Below are positions 11,415 through 22,389 of a stretch of DNA of 64,000 nucleotides, in pieces. The translations under genes and the position numbers were made by a program. The first letter of the stretch is position 1. Every line of letters starts with the position of its first letter. The notes beneath the pieces are model-generated. The model searched no databases. It had not been told where the DNA came from and saw only the letters and a list, made by a program, of their open reading frames with translations. Source of the DNA: TPA_inf: Saccharomyces (taxonomy: Eukaryota). The DNA is taken from contig BK006941.2 of assembly GCA_000146045.2 (NCBI GenBank), positions 160,001 to 224,000 on the forward strand, given 5' to 3'.

Positions 11415-13079
11415 CTAGGTCAAAGCAGATGTTATGAAGATATTGGCCCCATTGTAGGGATCATCTTCTCTCCGAATTAAGATGCATATTTTTTGAGAAA
11501 GTGCTTCTTCAGGTATATCGTAAGGTGAAGTACTGCTCTCTTCACCTAGAGGTTCCACAGCATCAAACGGATTTACGTACCTTGGGGGTATGAAAGCCGA
11601 ATGTAGGTGGATAGATTCAAACTGGAAGTTTTCTAACCTACAGTAGTTCTTCATACCTCCTATTGGATAGAGGGTGATATTTCCACCTTCGGATTTTTCG
11701 TAGTCAAGATTTCCAGATAAAGTGGTACAAAATACTTCAAAATCACCCTTTCCGTCCCTAGCGCTAGTTGAACCATAAATGAAGTAGCGCCCGTCATCCG
11801 ATATCTCGAGTATTTCTGTATCCTTAGTCACGTTTAAGAACTTAGTTTTAAAAGATACAACCGGGATTTCGGTCAGAATGTCCTCCAGGAACGTATCTGC
11901 TATAACCAGTTGTTGCACATTCTCTTTGTCTGCCATTCCAGATATAAGTATTAGGCCTTTATTATTCAATGCTTTTATGGAAACAACAGATTTTAGGGAA
12001 TTTCTGATAGGTTGATTTCGACTTTCTGATGTCATACCGTTGGTCTTGGAGTACTGTAATGTCATGTTTGTAATATTAGTGAAGACTATTGCCATTGAAT
12101 CACCATTTCTGTAACCTAAATAAAACACACCGGTGTTCGTTTTTTTTAAAGGTGATAAAGCATCTTCTTGTAGACAAAATGATAGGGAAGTAATGTCACT
12201 CCTACTTTTGTGTTTTCTTGAGCTTTTGGCAGGAGAAAAGATATAGGGATTTGGAAAGGTTTCTGGAATCAAATCATAAAAATGACAACGATAATTTACG
12301 GTAATAATCAACGTGTCTCCAACAACAAGAGAATCATGGACTTGGCAATTTTCTTTGAGTTTGACCTGACGAATTTTGAGCAGTTTTAAGGAAGAAAAGT
12401 CTTGTAAAAAGATGGCAAAAGTATGCACGTTAGATCTGGTATTAACGTTGTGATAAAAATAATGGCTCGGCCCTTCCTTGATGGCAACTGTTCTCTCAAG
12501 TTTCATTGTTTTGAACACATCAGTTGGCTCGGACTTATATTTCAACATAGGATTTAATTCAGCCATGGAAAACCCCGTAAAGAAATTTTCTTCAGAAAAA
12601 TTATCCAGGGATGAAAATCCTGCGACATAGCCCTTGTTTGTTGCAAATACTAATTTACTATGAAAACATCCTTCTTGAGTTACCAATAAAATACAATTTG
12701 CTAATACTCCTATCTGTATCCTGTGTGGAAAATTGAGTGATTTTACGTTAGCAGAACTATGTGAGTGATGACCTTCAGTGAGAGAATGCGATGCATACTG
12801 CATATTTAAACCAATCATGTACTTTTCATATGATAAAGGGCGAAAAGCCCTTTCCAACGGATTCAGAAGACTAAGCTTGTACTTTTGTAATGTTTGCTGA
12901 CGTTTTTTTTTAATCATAGAAAATTTTTTATCGTAATTTTCCTCAACACATTGTCGCTTTATATTATCTTTTCTGTACTGGTTCGTCGTTCCCGTGGTAG
13001 AAATGCTTTGATTTTCAGATATGCGAAAATAACGTCGACGTTCTCTATCATAATAAAACCCTGGTAAGTTAGGTGTCAT
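11415..13079 (-). CDS. YGL176C: Uncharacterised protein, 554 aa (the YGL176C position)
   Basis: Long ORF starting with a true ATG, in the expected position between MPT5 and SAE2. I recognise no domain. Confidence 0.8.
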   Translation of the reverse strand: MTPNLPGFYYDRERRRYFRISENQSISTTGTTNQYRKDNIKRQCVEENYDKKFSMIKKKRQQTLQKYKLSLLNPLERAFRPLSYEKYMIGLNMQYASHSLTEGHHSHSSANVKSLNFPHRIQIGVLANCILLVTQEGCFHSKLVFATNKGYVAGFSSLDNFSEENFFTGFSMAELNPMLKYKSEPTDVFKTMKLERTVAIKEGPSHYFYHNVNTRSNVHTFAIFLQDFSSLKLLKIRQVKLKENCQVHDSLVVGDTLIITVNYRCHFYDLIPETFPNPYIFSPAKSSRKHKSRSDITSLSFCLQEDALSPLKKTNTGVFYLGYRNGDSMAIVFTNITNMTLQYSKTNGMTSESRNQPIRNSLKSVVSIKALNNKGLILISGMADKENVQQLVIADTFLEDILTEIPVVSFKTKFLNVTKDTEILEISDDGRYFIYGSTSARDGKGDFEVFCTTLSGNLDYEKSEGGNITLYPIGGMKNYCRLENFQFESIHLHSAFIPPRYVNPFDAVEPLGEESSTSPYDIPEEALSQKICILIRREDDPYNGANIFITSALT

Positions 13080-13284
13080 TTGTTTAACGTCCGTTAACTT
13101 CCCCTTTCTGCTTTACCAACTGCTGCTTATTTATTCGCCCTTTTTTGTTTTCCATTGTTGTTCATCTCATTGCCTTTTTTTATTTTTCAGTTTTTCCCAT
13201 ATGCCAACGAGGAAAAAAGCCCTTTCAACCATACCAAAAAAAATGTATTTGAAGTAATGAATAAAGAATGATGATCGCTGGCGT

Positions 13285-14322
13285 TTAACATCTAGCATAT
13301 ATCTGCAATAATTTATCACTCCAGAAGAAACATCCATCGTCAACAATTTGATTTAATTGTTCTCTTTTGAATACATATTCTCTCTCGTACGGTGGGATCT
13401 TGTTATTGCTTGCCATTAAAAACCTATATTTTGTCTTTCTTCTGATGATTTCCTGGGATTTCTTTTTGTCCTCGTTCCCTTCCTGAGTGGAGGGAAAATC
13501 CAGTCTTCCAAAACCTGGGGGGGATTTTGATCTATTCCTCAAGTTATCAAACGCAAATTCGTAGTCCGAATTTTGCGATTCTATAACTACTGACAATGAT
13601 CTGTGTTTAGAATCCTCTGGCTTTCCAACTTGGGCATAAAATCGCTCCAATTTTCTTCTTCCTCTCTTAACCGGGGCGATATCTTCATTTGGTCTAAAGT
13701 CTTCGAGAATCCAGGCTCGCTTTGTTAAAGGGTTCGTATTGAAGTCAAACAGGAAATTATCCTTAACATTTTTGTATAAATTTGGCGATGTAGATTCAGG
13801 GTTCTCGAGCTCTATTCCCAATAGTTTTCTTGTTTTGTTCTCTTTATCATTATCTTTTTCGTGGATTACAGTATCAGAGCAATCTTCCAAATCGCTTAAG
13901 TTGTTGAGGCCATTTAAAGGCGAACTAAACTCCGAAATTTTCCGTTTATGCCTATTAGGTGGCATAGTAACCAGCGGTAACTGCACAGTGTGTTTATTTT
14001 CATTACGATAGTGAACCTCTGCTGATTCTTTCTTTATGTCCTCATCAAACTGAGTAAGGATGAAATCTTCAGAATCTTGCTCACCTGGCCCCGCAGACGT
14101 CTGAGAGGATTGTTGAGGAGCATTTTTTTCGTGACATAGAATTTCAGCCAGTTTACTGTTAGGTTCTTCGAGAACACATTTATTCCGATTTTGCAGTGCT
14201 TGAACACGTTTCGCGATTAAGGTAGTCACGTCATACTGCACATTTAGTAGTTCATCGAGACTGAGCTCCTTGAGAATGGATAAGCTTGACTTTAGATACA
14301 CATTTTCTTCACCAGTCACCAT
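13285..14322 (-). CDS. SAE2: DNA end-resection endonuclease Sae2 (CtIP orthologue), 345 aa from the first ATG (MVTGEEN...)
   Basis: Sequence ending ...DDGCFFWSDKLLQIYARC (the CtIP/Sae2 C-terminal motif). The track's 5-residue N-terminal extension comes from a non-ATG start. Confidence 0.92.
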   Translation of the reverse strand: MVTGEENVYLKSSLSILKELSLDELLNVQYDVTTLIAKRVQALQNRNKCVLEEPNSKLAEILCHEKNAPQQSSQTSAGPGEQDSEDFILTQFDEDIKKESAEVHYRNENKHTVQLPLVTMPPNRHKRKISEFSSPLNGLNNLSDLEDCSDTVIHEKDNDKENKTRKLLGIELENPESTSPNLYKNVKDNFLFDFNTNPLTKRAWILEDFRPNEDIAPVKRGRRKLERFYAQVGKPEDSKHRSLSVVIESQNSDYEFAFDNLRNRSKSPPGFGRLDFPSTQEGNEDKKKSQEIIRRKTKYRFLMASNNKIPPYEREYVFKREQLNQIVDDGCFFWSDKLLQIYARC

Positions 14323-14544
14323 CTCACATACAAACACCTAATGGCTTACAGCATGGATGGAAATGCAGGTATGTGAACGATAACAATGTTTGCAAACGTA
14401 AACAAAAAAGGTATTAAAGCTTAAAAGCTTTTTTTTTGTAGAACGCGCTTAGAAAATGGCATAAAGAAAATGGCTATTTGACTTGATTTTGAAAGTTGTT
14501 CTCAAGACTCGAATGGTGGAAGATAACAACAGGACGTTTATTAC

Positions 14545-15345
14545 ATGGCATTGCATCAGTATTTATCAGAGACTTATGGGCCCACGAAACCCAAAAATAA
14601 GACGAAAAAGAAGAAGAAAGAGTCAAAATCAGACGCTAACTCAGACAAAACTTCTTTGATAGTAAAAGAACGGCTAAGTACACTGCAACAAGAACAGGAG
14701 AAGTCAGGAGTTGCTTCATTCAGCAAGTTTGACAAACAAAAAAGCAAGAATATATGGAAGAACCTGGAAACAAACGAGCTTTCCCATGCAATAACACATC
14801 CTTCCGCATCGTCAATTACTGGCAACGAAAGCAAGAACGATCTAAAGGAAATCAGGGCTCAAGAGCCACTTGTCACAGTAGCAGACAAATCGAAAACACG
14901 AAAAACCATATACAGAGACGCTCAAGGTCACAAGATTCAGGAAGATTCCAAGATAGACGATTCTAGTTTTAGTCGATCTAAATATGAAGATGAGAAAGCC
15001 GCGGAAAGAGAGCAATACCTGAAAAATTTGAATATGGGAGACGTGCAAAAGCTTGGAATAAATGTAGATGCACATGATAAGAAGAAAAATCAAACTGCCT
15101 CGAGTCTGACGATAGAAGACCCTGCAATAACATTTACACATGACAAAGAAAGAACTGTAAAAACATCTTTACTGGGCCGCAAGCTTTATGATAAGCCAGC
15201 ACCTGAGAACAGGTTTGCCATTATGCCTGGGTCAAGATGGGACGGTGTCCACAGATCAAATGGCTTTGAAGAAAAATGGTTTGCTAAGCAAAATGAGATC
15301 AATGAGAAGAAAGTGCAAAGCTACACCCTACAGGAGGATTATTGA
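14545..15345 (+). CDS. BUD13: RES-complex pre-mRNA retention/splicing factor Bud13, 266 aa
   Basis: Lys-rich N-terminus and a conserved C-terminal Bud13 domain (RFAIMPGSRWDGVHRSNGFEEKWF). It sits divergent to SAE2, as in S288C. Confidence 0.92.
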   Translation: MALHQYLSETYGPTKPKNKTKKKKKESKSDANSDKTSLIVKERLSTLQQEQEKSGVASFSKFDKQKSKNIWKNLETNELSHAITHPSASSITGNESKNDLKEIRAQEPLVTVADKSKTRKTIYRDAQGHKIQEDSKIDDSSFSRSKYEDEKAAEREQYLKNLNMGDVQKLGINVDAHDKKKNQTASSLTIEDPAITFTHDKERTVKTSLLGRKLYDKPAPENRFAIMPGSRWDGVHRSNGFEEKWFAKQNEINEKKVQSYTLQEDY

Positions 15346-15526
15346 AAATGAGATAATATATAACTATGCGGAAAGCTTTGTGTAAAAAATACCCTTTGAC
15401 AATCCCCATTTGTTATAAGCTTTTTCTTAACAAGATCAACGATTAAATACAAATACCCCTCTTTATATAGGTCTCAGATATACTATTAAAGTAACCTCGA
15501 ATATACTTCGTTTTTAGTCGTATGTT

Positions 15527-18500
15527 CTAAGTAGATTCGTCTTTTTTATTATCACGGTCAGCAGCATTGCTTTGTGACTTTGGCGATTGACATTCAGTAG
15601 AGTTTGTGCCAGAAGAAGGTTTAATCTCGCCTTTCCTACTGTTCTTTGTTTCTCCCCCAATAGTTGAACCATTGCTGTGCTGTTTACCATTAATGAATTT
15701 TTTCAAATCTTGGCTTTCCTTTTCATTGACAACAATACGACTTCCTTGATCTGAAACATTTGTCATAGGAGGTGGAGGTGGGAAGGAAATCGGTTGTCCA
15801 AACCCATGTGGTGCTGGTGGCGGAATAGACATTCCATTCATATTAGGGTAAGGCATCTGGTGAGGGTGTAATGGGTGAAGACCATTAGGATGCGTCATAA
15901 AACCTGGGGGAATATTGTACGGCAAACCAACATCTGCAACATCATTCGCTCCAGGAATAGGACCCCCAACCACATTCATTGGGTGAGGTGGAGTTGGGAT
16001 ATTCAAATTACTGCCTATACCATCAGAATATTGATTTGCAACGGCATTGAAAATAGATCCAGCAACAGTTGGATTATCAAGCGGTGCTTTTTCAAAATTG
16101 GCCAAATCAACTTGCACGTTTTCACTGCTTTTCTGAGCTGGTCTTTTTAACAAAACTTTCTTTGCGGGTTTGGAATCTTTTTGCGATCCCATGCTCTTGT
16201 TGTCTACACTTTCAGAATTCTTTTCATTGGTATCCTTTTTGATAAAATTCAATAAATCATGTGCCCTTTCTTTTCTCAGTTTTTCTTCAGATTGTTGCTT
16301 TGAAGGAGTCTTGTGAGCAGTTTTGGTATTATTGTTCCTATTGTTAGATTGCTTTTTCTTTTCCAAAGCCTTTTTGGAAGCCTTGGAGTGATAAATGAAC
16401 TGCCTGTTAGTAATATTCAATAAGAAAGAGGCATCAAGCCCTAAGCCTCTATTCGTGCGCAACCTGCCGCCAAAATTATTACCGGCCACGATTTCATGAT
16501 CAAATAAGACCTGAATTGATAATGATGAACTGAGAGTAGTATAGCCAACAACTGTACCCTTTGAGAAAATTGGTACCTTACCAGAATCTTGGATATAAAC
16601 AACACGGTCACCCAAATCGAACTTTTGACTACGTAAGAGTGCAAATGATGATCTTGGATTCAAAACAGCCTCACGAGGAACTTTGGCTAACTGTTTTCTT
16701 TCATGACCTTCGATGTTAGCTGCGTATTTCATGATATGATCTTCCACGGCAGCAATCGATGTCTTAGTTAAGGAGTCAGACTCCAAAGATACCGCGATAA
16801 ACTTCGATGAGACATACTTTAGCCATTGTTTGATACCATCTAATAAATTCATGGCATCCTTAGTGGAAGTATCGGGGAAAAGATCTTCCAAAACTGGGAT
16901 ATCATTACCTACCTTGGACAACCTGAAAAAAAAATCTGGGAAAGTTTGTCTATACTCTTTCAGTAAATTTAGAGTTAAATTTGAGTATTCCCAGCCCCTA
17001 GGGTTCCTCCTCGCGTAACCTAAAACCTTTTGGTGTCTAGCTTCGAACTTAACCGGGATACCAACATTGATATGCTTCCCAGTAGCGTCAGTAATCATGA
17101 ACTTGGAAGTAATCTTAGACAAAAACAAGGGGTGTAAGTGCATGTTCTTGGACACAATATAAGACGGATAATATTTAACGGCTTGATGATCCATTTGTAA
17201 CCTTTCTTTGCCGATGGTGGGCTCACTATCCAAAAACTTCTTTTCTACAGTAATTTTTAGTCTGCGGTCACTGCTGTAACCGTCAATAGTAGTTTCACCA
17301 CCATAGGCATAATCACCTAAGAAAATAACTTTTGAATTCAATGGAAATTCCTCTTCAATAGGAATGGGTCCTCTTTCTTTATATCTTTCATCCTCGTTGA
17401 CAACAGATTCAACAACCAGTTGCAATGGATAGTAATCTGGGGTAGGGCTAAAGGTCTTAATATAACCACCATCAGAGTCTCTCACCAAACCAGTCACTGG
17501 AAAGACGGTAGCAATGGCTTCCATAGGTCCTATTTTAACAGCTTTCTGTTTAGCATACATCCTTAGCATTGAATTCTTCAAACTATTGAAAAGTTTTTTG
17601 TCCTGGGTTTCCGCAGGCTTCGTTATGAATCCGAACTTTTTCTTATCATTGGACTCCTGATATTCATAGATAGTCTTACCATCCGTTAAAGAGACCAATT
17701 TGGATTCTCTTAAATATGGCCATCTTGTATAAATCACTTTGTTTAAATGCCTCTTGGAAAAGTCCTCCAAAGTAACATTATTCGTTTTGTATATGTCAGT
17801 TATTTGTAAGACCATTGATTGTTGTTTAGAAGGTTGTTGGAAAACCATTGTCTCATTGTACTCCAGTGAACTAGTAAATGGTAAAGACAATAACGTGGGG
17901 AAACCCGCCAGCATTTCGGCACCGAGTTTAGCATTAGGTAATAAACCATACCGAATCTCGGAGCTGTCCAATGGGATGGTGATGTACTCTTTTTCGACAC
18001 AATGATTGTGTTCAATATCAGAAAAAATGCCGCCCAACGGACTCTTATAAAGGTTATCAACTTGAGGATTAAAGGAATATATCAAGTCCTTGCCAAATTG
18101 ATTTCTCGTTTTTTCTTCAGGTGATAACTTGCGCAAATAAGGTTGCATAGCCTCAATCAACCTTTTTTCATCTACAAACGATATCAAAACCACAGCTTCC
18201 CAATCAGCTGTCTTGCCGTTTTTATCAAGTTGAACCTCAGCGGGATAGAAATCGTGGATTGGCGACTGTTCATCGTACATTAATGGCCTAAAGGCGGGAG
18301 GTATCAGATTTTTGGACCTTTCCGGTAAAACTGCCATTAGTTGCTGGAATGGAGTAAATGGTTTGCTCAAATCAAATTCAATGTCTTGATCTAAACCCTT
18401 GGCTAAGTCGGAGATTCTTGGTGCATAATGGTGCGGATAGTACCACGACCAAGATGGACATCCTCTATAATAATAATATAGAACCCATTGTAAACCTTCA

Positions 18501-20113
18501 ACGTAGTCTTTAGCAAGATCTCTCACTTTTTCTTCACTGTCTGTCGTAAATTTTAACTTGTCGTGATAATACTCATGCTTCCAACGTTCAAACCTTTCAT
18601 TATAAATCGTTTTTTCAGTTTCCAATTCTTCTTTGTCCTCCACGATGATAGCATTTTGATATTTTTTTATTGTTTTCCTGATAGAATTAACACGATTTTG
18701 AAATTCTTCTTCTGTTTCATCAGGATTAATAGAATCAAGATCCATTTTTAGCGAATAACTACCTTTGGATTTGGAATGCGTTATAAAAAGACCCAAATCA
18801 AAAGCGAATTCTTTTAAAAATTCTAAATGATCTTTCATGTCTAAGTCCTTAGGTAACTCTAAAGTTGGAATTTCTTCATCTGGTAAATCAGGCGATAATT
18901 TTTCCTGTAATTGCTCCATCAACCATGGTTTTATACTTCCAATTAATTTCTTCTGTTGTTTTACCAGTAATTTTTTACCAACCCTCTGTCTTTTCCTTTC
19001 ACCCTCCAAAGAAATATTCTCTAATTGCTTGTTGAACCACTCAACGTCTATATCATCCTTTTCGAAATTTAATAACTCAAATTGAGACAGATAATTTAAC
19101 CAGACACCTAATCTCTTTAAATTTATTTTACCATGTTCATTAATGTAGCCATCAGTATGTAAAAGAGCTTCTTTGAACGTTTGTAACAAAACGGGAAATG
19201 CTCCTTTGTTAAGGTGCAAATCTGGCAAATTGGGCAAGAAATCATTACCAATGACGAACATGACAAGAATAAAATCATCCAAAATACGTTCAAAATTGTA
19301 TTCAAATTGCATTTCATCGGCAATTTCTTTGAATTCCAACTCCATGTATTCTCTTAATAAAGAAAGATGTAATAAGTAGAAATTTTGATGTTCAAGCGAT
19401 TTTTTTTCACTATTTCTTCTACCAAATGTCACTTCTTCTCTCAATAACGCAAAATGTGGCCCATGAGTAGACAAACCCAGCATAATCAAATCTGCGTCAA
19501 GACCGTAAATACAATGTCTCGTATTCTGGTTGAAATCCTTTTGGGATTTTAAATGCCTTATAAAGTTCATGATCTTGTGTTCACCTTCACCTGGAACTTC
19601 ATGGCCAGAAAATATGATTTGCACTTCCCTCCATTTGGAATCGTTAGAAATCTTGTCGTGAATAAAATATTGTAAGTTTTTGGTCAATTTGGCCATAAAC
19701 TCCGTACCTGGAGTAATAGAATTCGAATCAAATGGCTCACCCTTAGGAATCTCGTCACCATTCTCAATAGCCTTCTTCAAGGCTTTTTCTGCATCCATAG
19801 CGGTTCTGAATCTACGAGCTCTTTGTTGATTCATCTTGGCACGAGGGGCCACACCATCAATAGCCATGTAGAAAATCTTCTTGGGCTTGATTGTTTGAAA
19901 AAGGTGATCGATATACGTACAGATTTTTGCAAAAACCTCTTCTTCAGTTAATCGCTTGGTTACATCATCGTCGTTACCATGCGTACAATTATGTAAAATC
20001 GAATTCATATCCAGGTATAAGTTATCAAACTCAGGAATCTGTGTTCCCTCAATAAGCTGTAAAATCATGGGCCATCTTTCTGAGATGTACCTGAAAAATT
20101 TTGGAATACCCAT
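15527..20113 (-). CDS. XRN1: 5'-3' exoribonuclease Xrn1/Kem1, 1528 aa
   Basis: N-terminus MGIPKFFRYISERWP with the XRN 5'-3' exonuclease N-terminal domain, plus a long basic, Pro-rich C-terminal tail. Confidence 0.95.
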   Translation of the reverse strand: MGIPKFFRYISERWPMILQLIEGTQIPEFDNLYLDMNSILHNCTHGNDDDVTKRLTEEEVFAKICTYIDHLFQTIKPKKIFYMAIDGVAPRAKMNQQRARRFRTAMDAEKALKKAIENGDEIPKGEPFDSNSITPGTEFMAKLTKNLQYFIHDKISNDSKWREVQIIFSGHEVPGEGEHKIMNFIRHLKSQKDFNQNTRHCIYGLDADLIMLGLSTHGPHFALLREEVTFGRRNSEKKSLEHQNFYLLHLSLLREYMELEFKEIADEMQFEYNFERILDDFILVMFVIGNDFLPNLPDLHLNKGAFPVLLQTFKEALLHTDGYINEHGKINLKRLGVWLNYLSQFELLNFEKDDIDVEWFNKQLENISLEGERKRQRVGKKLLVKQQKKLIGSIKPWLMEQLQEKLSPDLPDEEIPTLELPKDLDMKDHLEFLKEFAFDLGLFITHSKSKGSYSLKMDLDSINPDETEEEFQNRVNSIRKTIKKYQNAIIVEDKEELETEKTIYNERFERWKHEYYHDKLKFTTDSEEKVRDLAKDYVEGLQWVLYYYYRGCPSWSWYYPHHYAPRISDLAKGLDQDIEFDLSKPFTPFQQLMAVLPERSKNLIPPAFRPLMYDEQSPIHDFYPAEVQLDKNGKTADWEAVVLISFVDEKRLIEAMQPYLRKLSPEEKTRNQFGKDLIYSFNPQVDNLYKSPLGGIFSDIEHNHCVEKEYITIPLDSSEIRYGLLPNAKLGAEMLAGFPTLLSLPFTSSLEYNETMVFQQPSKQQSMVLQITDIYKTNNVTLEDFSKRHLNKVIYTRWPYLRESKLVSLTDGKTIYEYQESNDKKKFGFITKPAETQDKKLFNSLKNSMLRMYAKQKAVKIGPMEAIATVFPVTGLVRDSDGGYIKTFSPTPDYYPLQLVVESVVNEDERYKERGPIPIEEEFPLNSKVIFLGDYAYGGETTIDGYSSDRRLKITVEKKFLDSEPTIGKERLQMDHQAVKYYPSYIVSKNMHLHPLFLSKITSKFMITDATGKHINVGIPVKFEARHQKVLGYARRNPRGWEYSNLTLNLLKEYRQTFPDFFFRLSKVGNDIPVLEDLFPDTSTKDAMNLLDGIKQWLKYVSSKFIAVSLESDSLTKTSIAAVEDHIMKYAANIEGHERKQLAKVPREAVLNPRSSFALLRSQKFDLGDRVVYIQDSGKVPIFSKGTVVGYTTLSSSLSIQVLFDHEIVAGNNFGGRLRTNRGLGLDASFLLNITNRQFIYHSKASKKALEKKKQSNNRNNNTKTAHKTPSKQQSEEKLRKERAHDLLNFIKKDTNEKNSESVDNKSMGSQKDSKPAKKVLLKRPAQKSSENVQVDLANFEKAPLDNPTVAGSIFNAVANQYSDGIGSNLNIPTPPHPMNVVGGPIPGANDVADVGLPYNIPPGFMTHPNGLHPLHPHQMPYPNMNGMSIPPPAPHGFGQPISFPPPPPMTNVSDQGSRIVVNEKESQDLKKFINGKQHSNGSTIGGETKNSRKGEIKPSSGTNSTECQSPKSQSNAADRDNKKDEST

Positions 20114-20699
20114 ACCGTACTGATATATATTTGTTGCTGCTGTTGTTACAAGTGTTGATTTTTTTTCTCCTTATAGTACACGAATCGTCCTAGGATTAGT
20201 CAATTGCTTATTGTGAACCCGATTATAAGTACGGAAGAAGACAGTATCCTTTAGAAAATAAACTATTAACAGGAACGGAAATAAAAGGCAGAGAGAAAAT
20301 AATAAAAGAATCGGTTCGCTTGTGCGAACGCCAAACAGATTTTATAATAACGGAAGAGCTGCTGAAAAAAAAAGCAAGCTGCAACTGTTATATTTGCGTA
20401 GATAAACTTTACAACCGGTAATTGGAAGTCGTAAGTACTTAGTTTGACGTTTTCAGTACTCGTTAAACTACTCCTTAAATTGCTTTCTAACCTCTTCTTG
20501 TTTGTCTCTGTTGTTACTTGCTCTGCGGTGGCGAAAAGACGAGCAAAGGAGGTTGTATATATCACTCAACACGGAATGTATTACAGCTTTCTCAAATAAA
20601 TGTAGTTGAAAAAGACCATTAATCGTGAGAATAGTTACTGATCAGGTGATGAGACGATAAAAACAGTAATTGAGAGGGTTTTCACGGGTAGTGGGCACA

Positions 20700-22118
20700 A
20701 TGTTTGGATTAAATAAAGCATCTTCGACACCTGCAGGTGGGCTCTTTGGTCAGGCCAGCGGAGCTAGCACTGGAAACGCGAATACTGGGTTTTCGTTTGG
20801 TGGGACTCAAACTGGACAAAACACCGGCCCAAGTACAGGTGGACTATTTGGCGCTAAACCAGCCGGATCTACAGGAGGATTAGGTGCATCATTTGGTCAG
20901 CAGCAACAACAATCTCAGACAAATGCATTTGGAGGAAGCGCCACCACCGGAGGGGGCCTTTTCGGTAACAAACCTAACAATACGGCGAACACTGGGGGCG
21001 GGTTATTTGGCGCTAATTCGAACAGTAATTCTGGCAGTTTGTTTGGTTCCAACAATGCACAGACGAGTCGTGGTTTGTTTGGTAATAATAACACTAATAA
21101 TATCAATAATAGTAGTAGTGGCATGAATAATGCAAGCGCTGGACTATTTGGCTCTAAACCTGCAGGAGGCACTTCTTTGTTCGGTAATACAAGCACCTCT
21201 TCGGCCCCTGCGCAGAACCAGGGCATGTTTGGTGCAAAACCAGCTGGTACATCTCTATTCGGCAATAATGCAGGTAATACGACCACTGGTGGAGGGTTAT
21301 TTGGCTCCAAACCGACAGGAGCAACGTCTTTGTTTGGTTCATCAAATAACAACAACAATAACAATAATAGTAACAACATCATGAGTGCGTCAGGCGGGCT
21401 ATTTGGTAATCAGCAGCAGCAACTGCAGCAACAACCACAAATGCAGTGCGCATTGCAAAATCTATCTCAGCTCCCTATTACCCCAATGACACGGATTTCC
21501 GAATTACCACCTCAAATACGTCAAGAAATTGAACAACTAGATCAATATATTCAAAAACAAGTGCAGATCTCGCACCATTTGAAGGCCGATACAATCGATC
21601 ATGATGAATTGATAGATTCCATTCCTCGTGATGTTGCATACCTACTGAAGTCAGAATCTGCAACAAGTCAATATTTAAAGCAAGATTTGAAGAAAATATC
21701 CTCATTTAAATCGCTAATCGATGAGGACCTTCTAGACACGCAAACTTTTTCGGTGCTCTTACAGCAACTATTAACTCCGGGAAGCAAAATTTCTTCTAAT
21801 GACTTAGACAAATTCTTTCAAAAGAAAATTCATCTCTACGAGAAGAAGTTAGAGGATTACTGCCGTATTCTCTCTGATATAGAAACTGCGGTAAATGGCA
21901 TTGATACAGATTTATTTGGCGCCCCAAATAACCCTAATTCTACAGCTATCACAGCAGATCTAGGTTCATCCGAAGCAGAGAACCTACTGCAGTTGAAGAC
22001 AGGCTTAGCTGCCATAGTCTCTACTGTCATTGAGGAATTCACACTGTTTATGGATATCGCTGAGAGAATCGCCGTGTTACATCAAAAAACGAAAACACTG
22101 GCATCATTGAGCATATGA
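20700..22118 (+). CDS. NUP49: FG nucleoporin Nup49, 472 aa from the first ATG (MFGLNKASS...)
   Basis: N-terminal GLFG repeats and a C-terminal coiled-coil domain. The track start at 20670 is a TTG codon. The first ATG is at 20700. Confidence 0.93.
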   Translation: MFGLNKASSTPAGGLFGQASGASTGNANTGFSFGGTQTGQNTGPSTGGLFGAKPAGSTGGLGASFGQQQQQSQTNAFGGSATTGGGLFGNKPNNTANTGGGLFGANSNSNSGSLFGSNNAQTSRGLFGNNNTNNINNSSSGMNNASAGLFGSKPAGGTSLFGNTSTSSAPAQNQGMFGAKPAGTSLFGNNAGNTTTGGGLFGSKPTGATSLFGSSNNNNNNNNSNNIMSASGGLFGNQQQQLQQQPQMQCALQNLSQLPITPMTRISELPPQIRQEIEQLDQYIQKQVQISHHLKADTIDHDELIDSIPRDVAYLLKSESATSQYLKQDLKKISSFKSLIDEDLLDTQTFSVLLQQLLTPGSKISSNDLDKFFQKKIHLYEKKLEDYCRILSDIETAVNGIDTDLFGAPNNPNSTAITADLGSSEAENLLQLKTGLAAIVSTVIEEFTLFMDIAERIAVLHQKTKTLASLSI

Positions 22119-22271
22119 GTAAATCGCCCTGAAAGTTTATATAGTGCGTATAACAAGTACAAATGTCTTGTACAAATGTAATTTATACTAAATGCAATAG
22201 AATATAACATCAATCACAGTTTTTCAGTCACCATAATGGCGTCTTAGAGGCCGAACTAACTTTTCTTCGTG

Positions 22272-22290
22272 AAAAATTTTTTGCGATGAG
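22272..22290 (+). promoter_or_regulatory. RRPE-like (AAAAATTTT) followed immediately by a PAC element (GCGATGAG), about 100 bp upstream of ROK1
   Basis: The sequence reads tgAAAAATTTTttGCGATGAGatgg. PAC plus RRPE is the signature promoter pair of the ribosome-biogenesis regulon. ROK1 is a ribosome-biogenesis helicase. Confidence 0.6.
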
Positions 22291-22389
22291 ATGGGAAGGA
22301 AAAAAAGTAATATTGACATCTTCAATTGAGAGATATTACCTGCAAAAAGGTACATACGATAGTAGAAGTTATCGAACAGGCAAGCCACC

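Noticed and set aside
15527-20113. An apparent 1-nt discrepancy between my hand-indexed XRN1 start and stop codons and the ORF-track coordinates
   Set aside because: This is almost certainly my own counting error when indexing the sequence lines, not a frameshift. The track protein is contiguous and matches Xrn1 end to end. I used the track coordinates and flag a 1-2 nt uncertainty on hand-counted motif positions.
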